A stretch of 64,000 nucleotides of DNA, from positions 782,323 through 846,322 of the forward strand of contig MU004194.1 in the NCBI GenBank assembly GCA_010093605.1. The letters run 5' to 3'. Position numbers and translations under genes: made by a program. This DNA is from Lophium mytilinum (lineage: Eukaryota). Shown here piece after piece: positions 63,221-64,000 of this stretch. Numbering within the stretch: the stretch's first letter is position 1; each line of letters starts with the position of its first letter. A model generated the notes under the pieces. That model did no database searches, was not told the origin of the DNA, and worked only from the letters and a program-made list of their open reading frames with translations.

Positions 63221-64000
63221 TCACACCTTTCCCCAGCCAAGTTCTTTGCCTTTGCCTTGGTCCTCACCCCAGTAGGCTCTGCTACTTGAGTAAGCACCCT
63301 TCGCTTGCTCCTCTTCGAACAGAGAGCGAGCTTTCTCTGCACGATCTCTCGTGCGGATACTTAGCTCAAACGCGAAGGGTACCGGCTTTGCAATGAGCAG
63401 CGTTGTGAAGTCAAGCGTTGGATCAAGATCTTGGCTAGACTTCTTGGTCTTCACACGAATCTTTTCCAAATGTACCTCCTCTTCAGCTATGTCTGCAGCT
63501 GGCCAGGCACCAGGATAGAAAAGCTCCTCTGCCGTTTCCGGCTTTTCCAAACCAGCGTTCAACTCTTCGGCGGAGATGGTCGCATTCGCGTGGTGGCGTC
63601 GGAGACCGTCTTTCTCGTCAAGTTCTTCGGTTTCAGACAGTGAGTCGTACCCAGAGTCGCCGCATGATTCATCACTGTCATTTTCGCCCTTCTTTGCAAT
63701 GTTGAATAACCAGGCAATAGATCCAATCCCAATCAGCATGTCCTCGTCCGCAACACCCTGGCCTTGGCACACCCTGCGGCCATACCCAAACTGTGTGCAA
63801 TTTATTACTGTGGGATATTGCGTGAGCGGTTCGCGATAAGTCGGGAATTCAGGCTTGACCCAGCGCAGAGGGTTGAAGGATTCAGGGTCTGGGAACATAG
63901 CGGGGTCGCGAGATATGGCCCTAACGTCGGTTAGCGATCGACCAATGATGACAGCACCAGGCTAACGTCAACGTCTGCTTACCATTCGAGTGGATGCATC
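63221..64000 (-). CDS. Cytochrome P450, 3' part (runs off the window)
   Basis: WAISRDP..FPDPESFNPLRW (PERF-like) and heme motif FGYGRRVCQG; intron 63921-63982. Confidence 0.93.

Noticed and set aside
49525..64000. Secondary-metabolite cluster (CPR, esterase, flavin protein, Zn-cluster, P450)
   Set aside because: No PKS, NRPS or terpene synthase in the window and the CPR looks like the housekeeping copy; sequence beyond 64000 cannot be assessed.

Overview
Gene-dense, intron-rich eukaryotic DNA from a filamentous ascomycete (Pezizomycotina; inferred from short GT-AG introns with CTRAY branch sites and fungal-specific families). I spliced about 22 protein-coding genes by eye: NirA-like Zn-cluster TF (3' part), F-box protein, RPB8, Nudix hydrolase, Ca2+/H+ exchanger, SNF2-RING ATPase, D-amino acid oxidase, two MDR oxidoreductases, OTU deubiquitinase, RKI1, ULA1, RAD18, an uncharacterised membrane protein, RPN1, an RRM protein, NADPH-P450 reductase, a hypothetical OB-fold-like protein, a flavin-binding protein, a paraoxonase-like protein, an Xaa-Pro aminopeptidase fusion, and a P450 (3' part). 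There is one 45-N assembly gap. I recognised no tRNA, rRNA, CRISPR array or intact transposon. The standout is 58068-61217(-): an M24B Xaa-Pro aminopeptidase with its metal-ligand motifs intact, spliced in frame to a Zn(II)2Cys6 cluster and a C-terminal CxxC..H..H zinc-finger module resembling the fungal Snf5 C-terminus. Also notable: a possible SPIDR-like protein (53141-54250), a mitochondrial-presequence-like extension on RKI1, an 8-nt microexon and a GC-AG intron. Family assignments come from motif recognition and recall, not from database searches.
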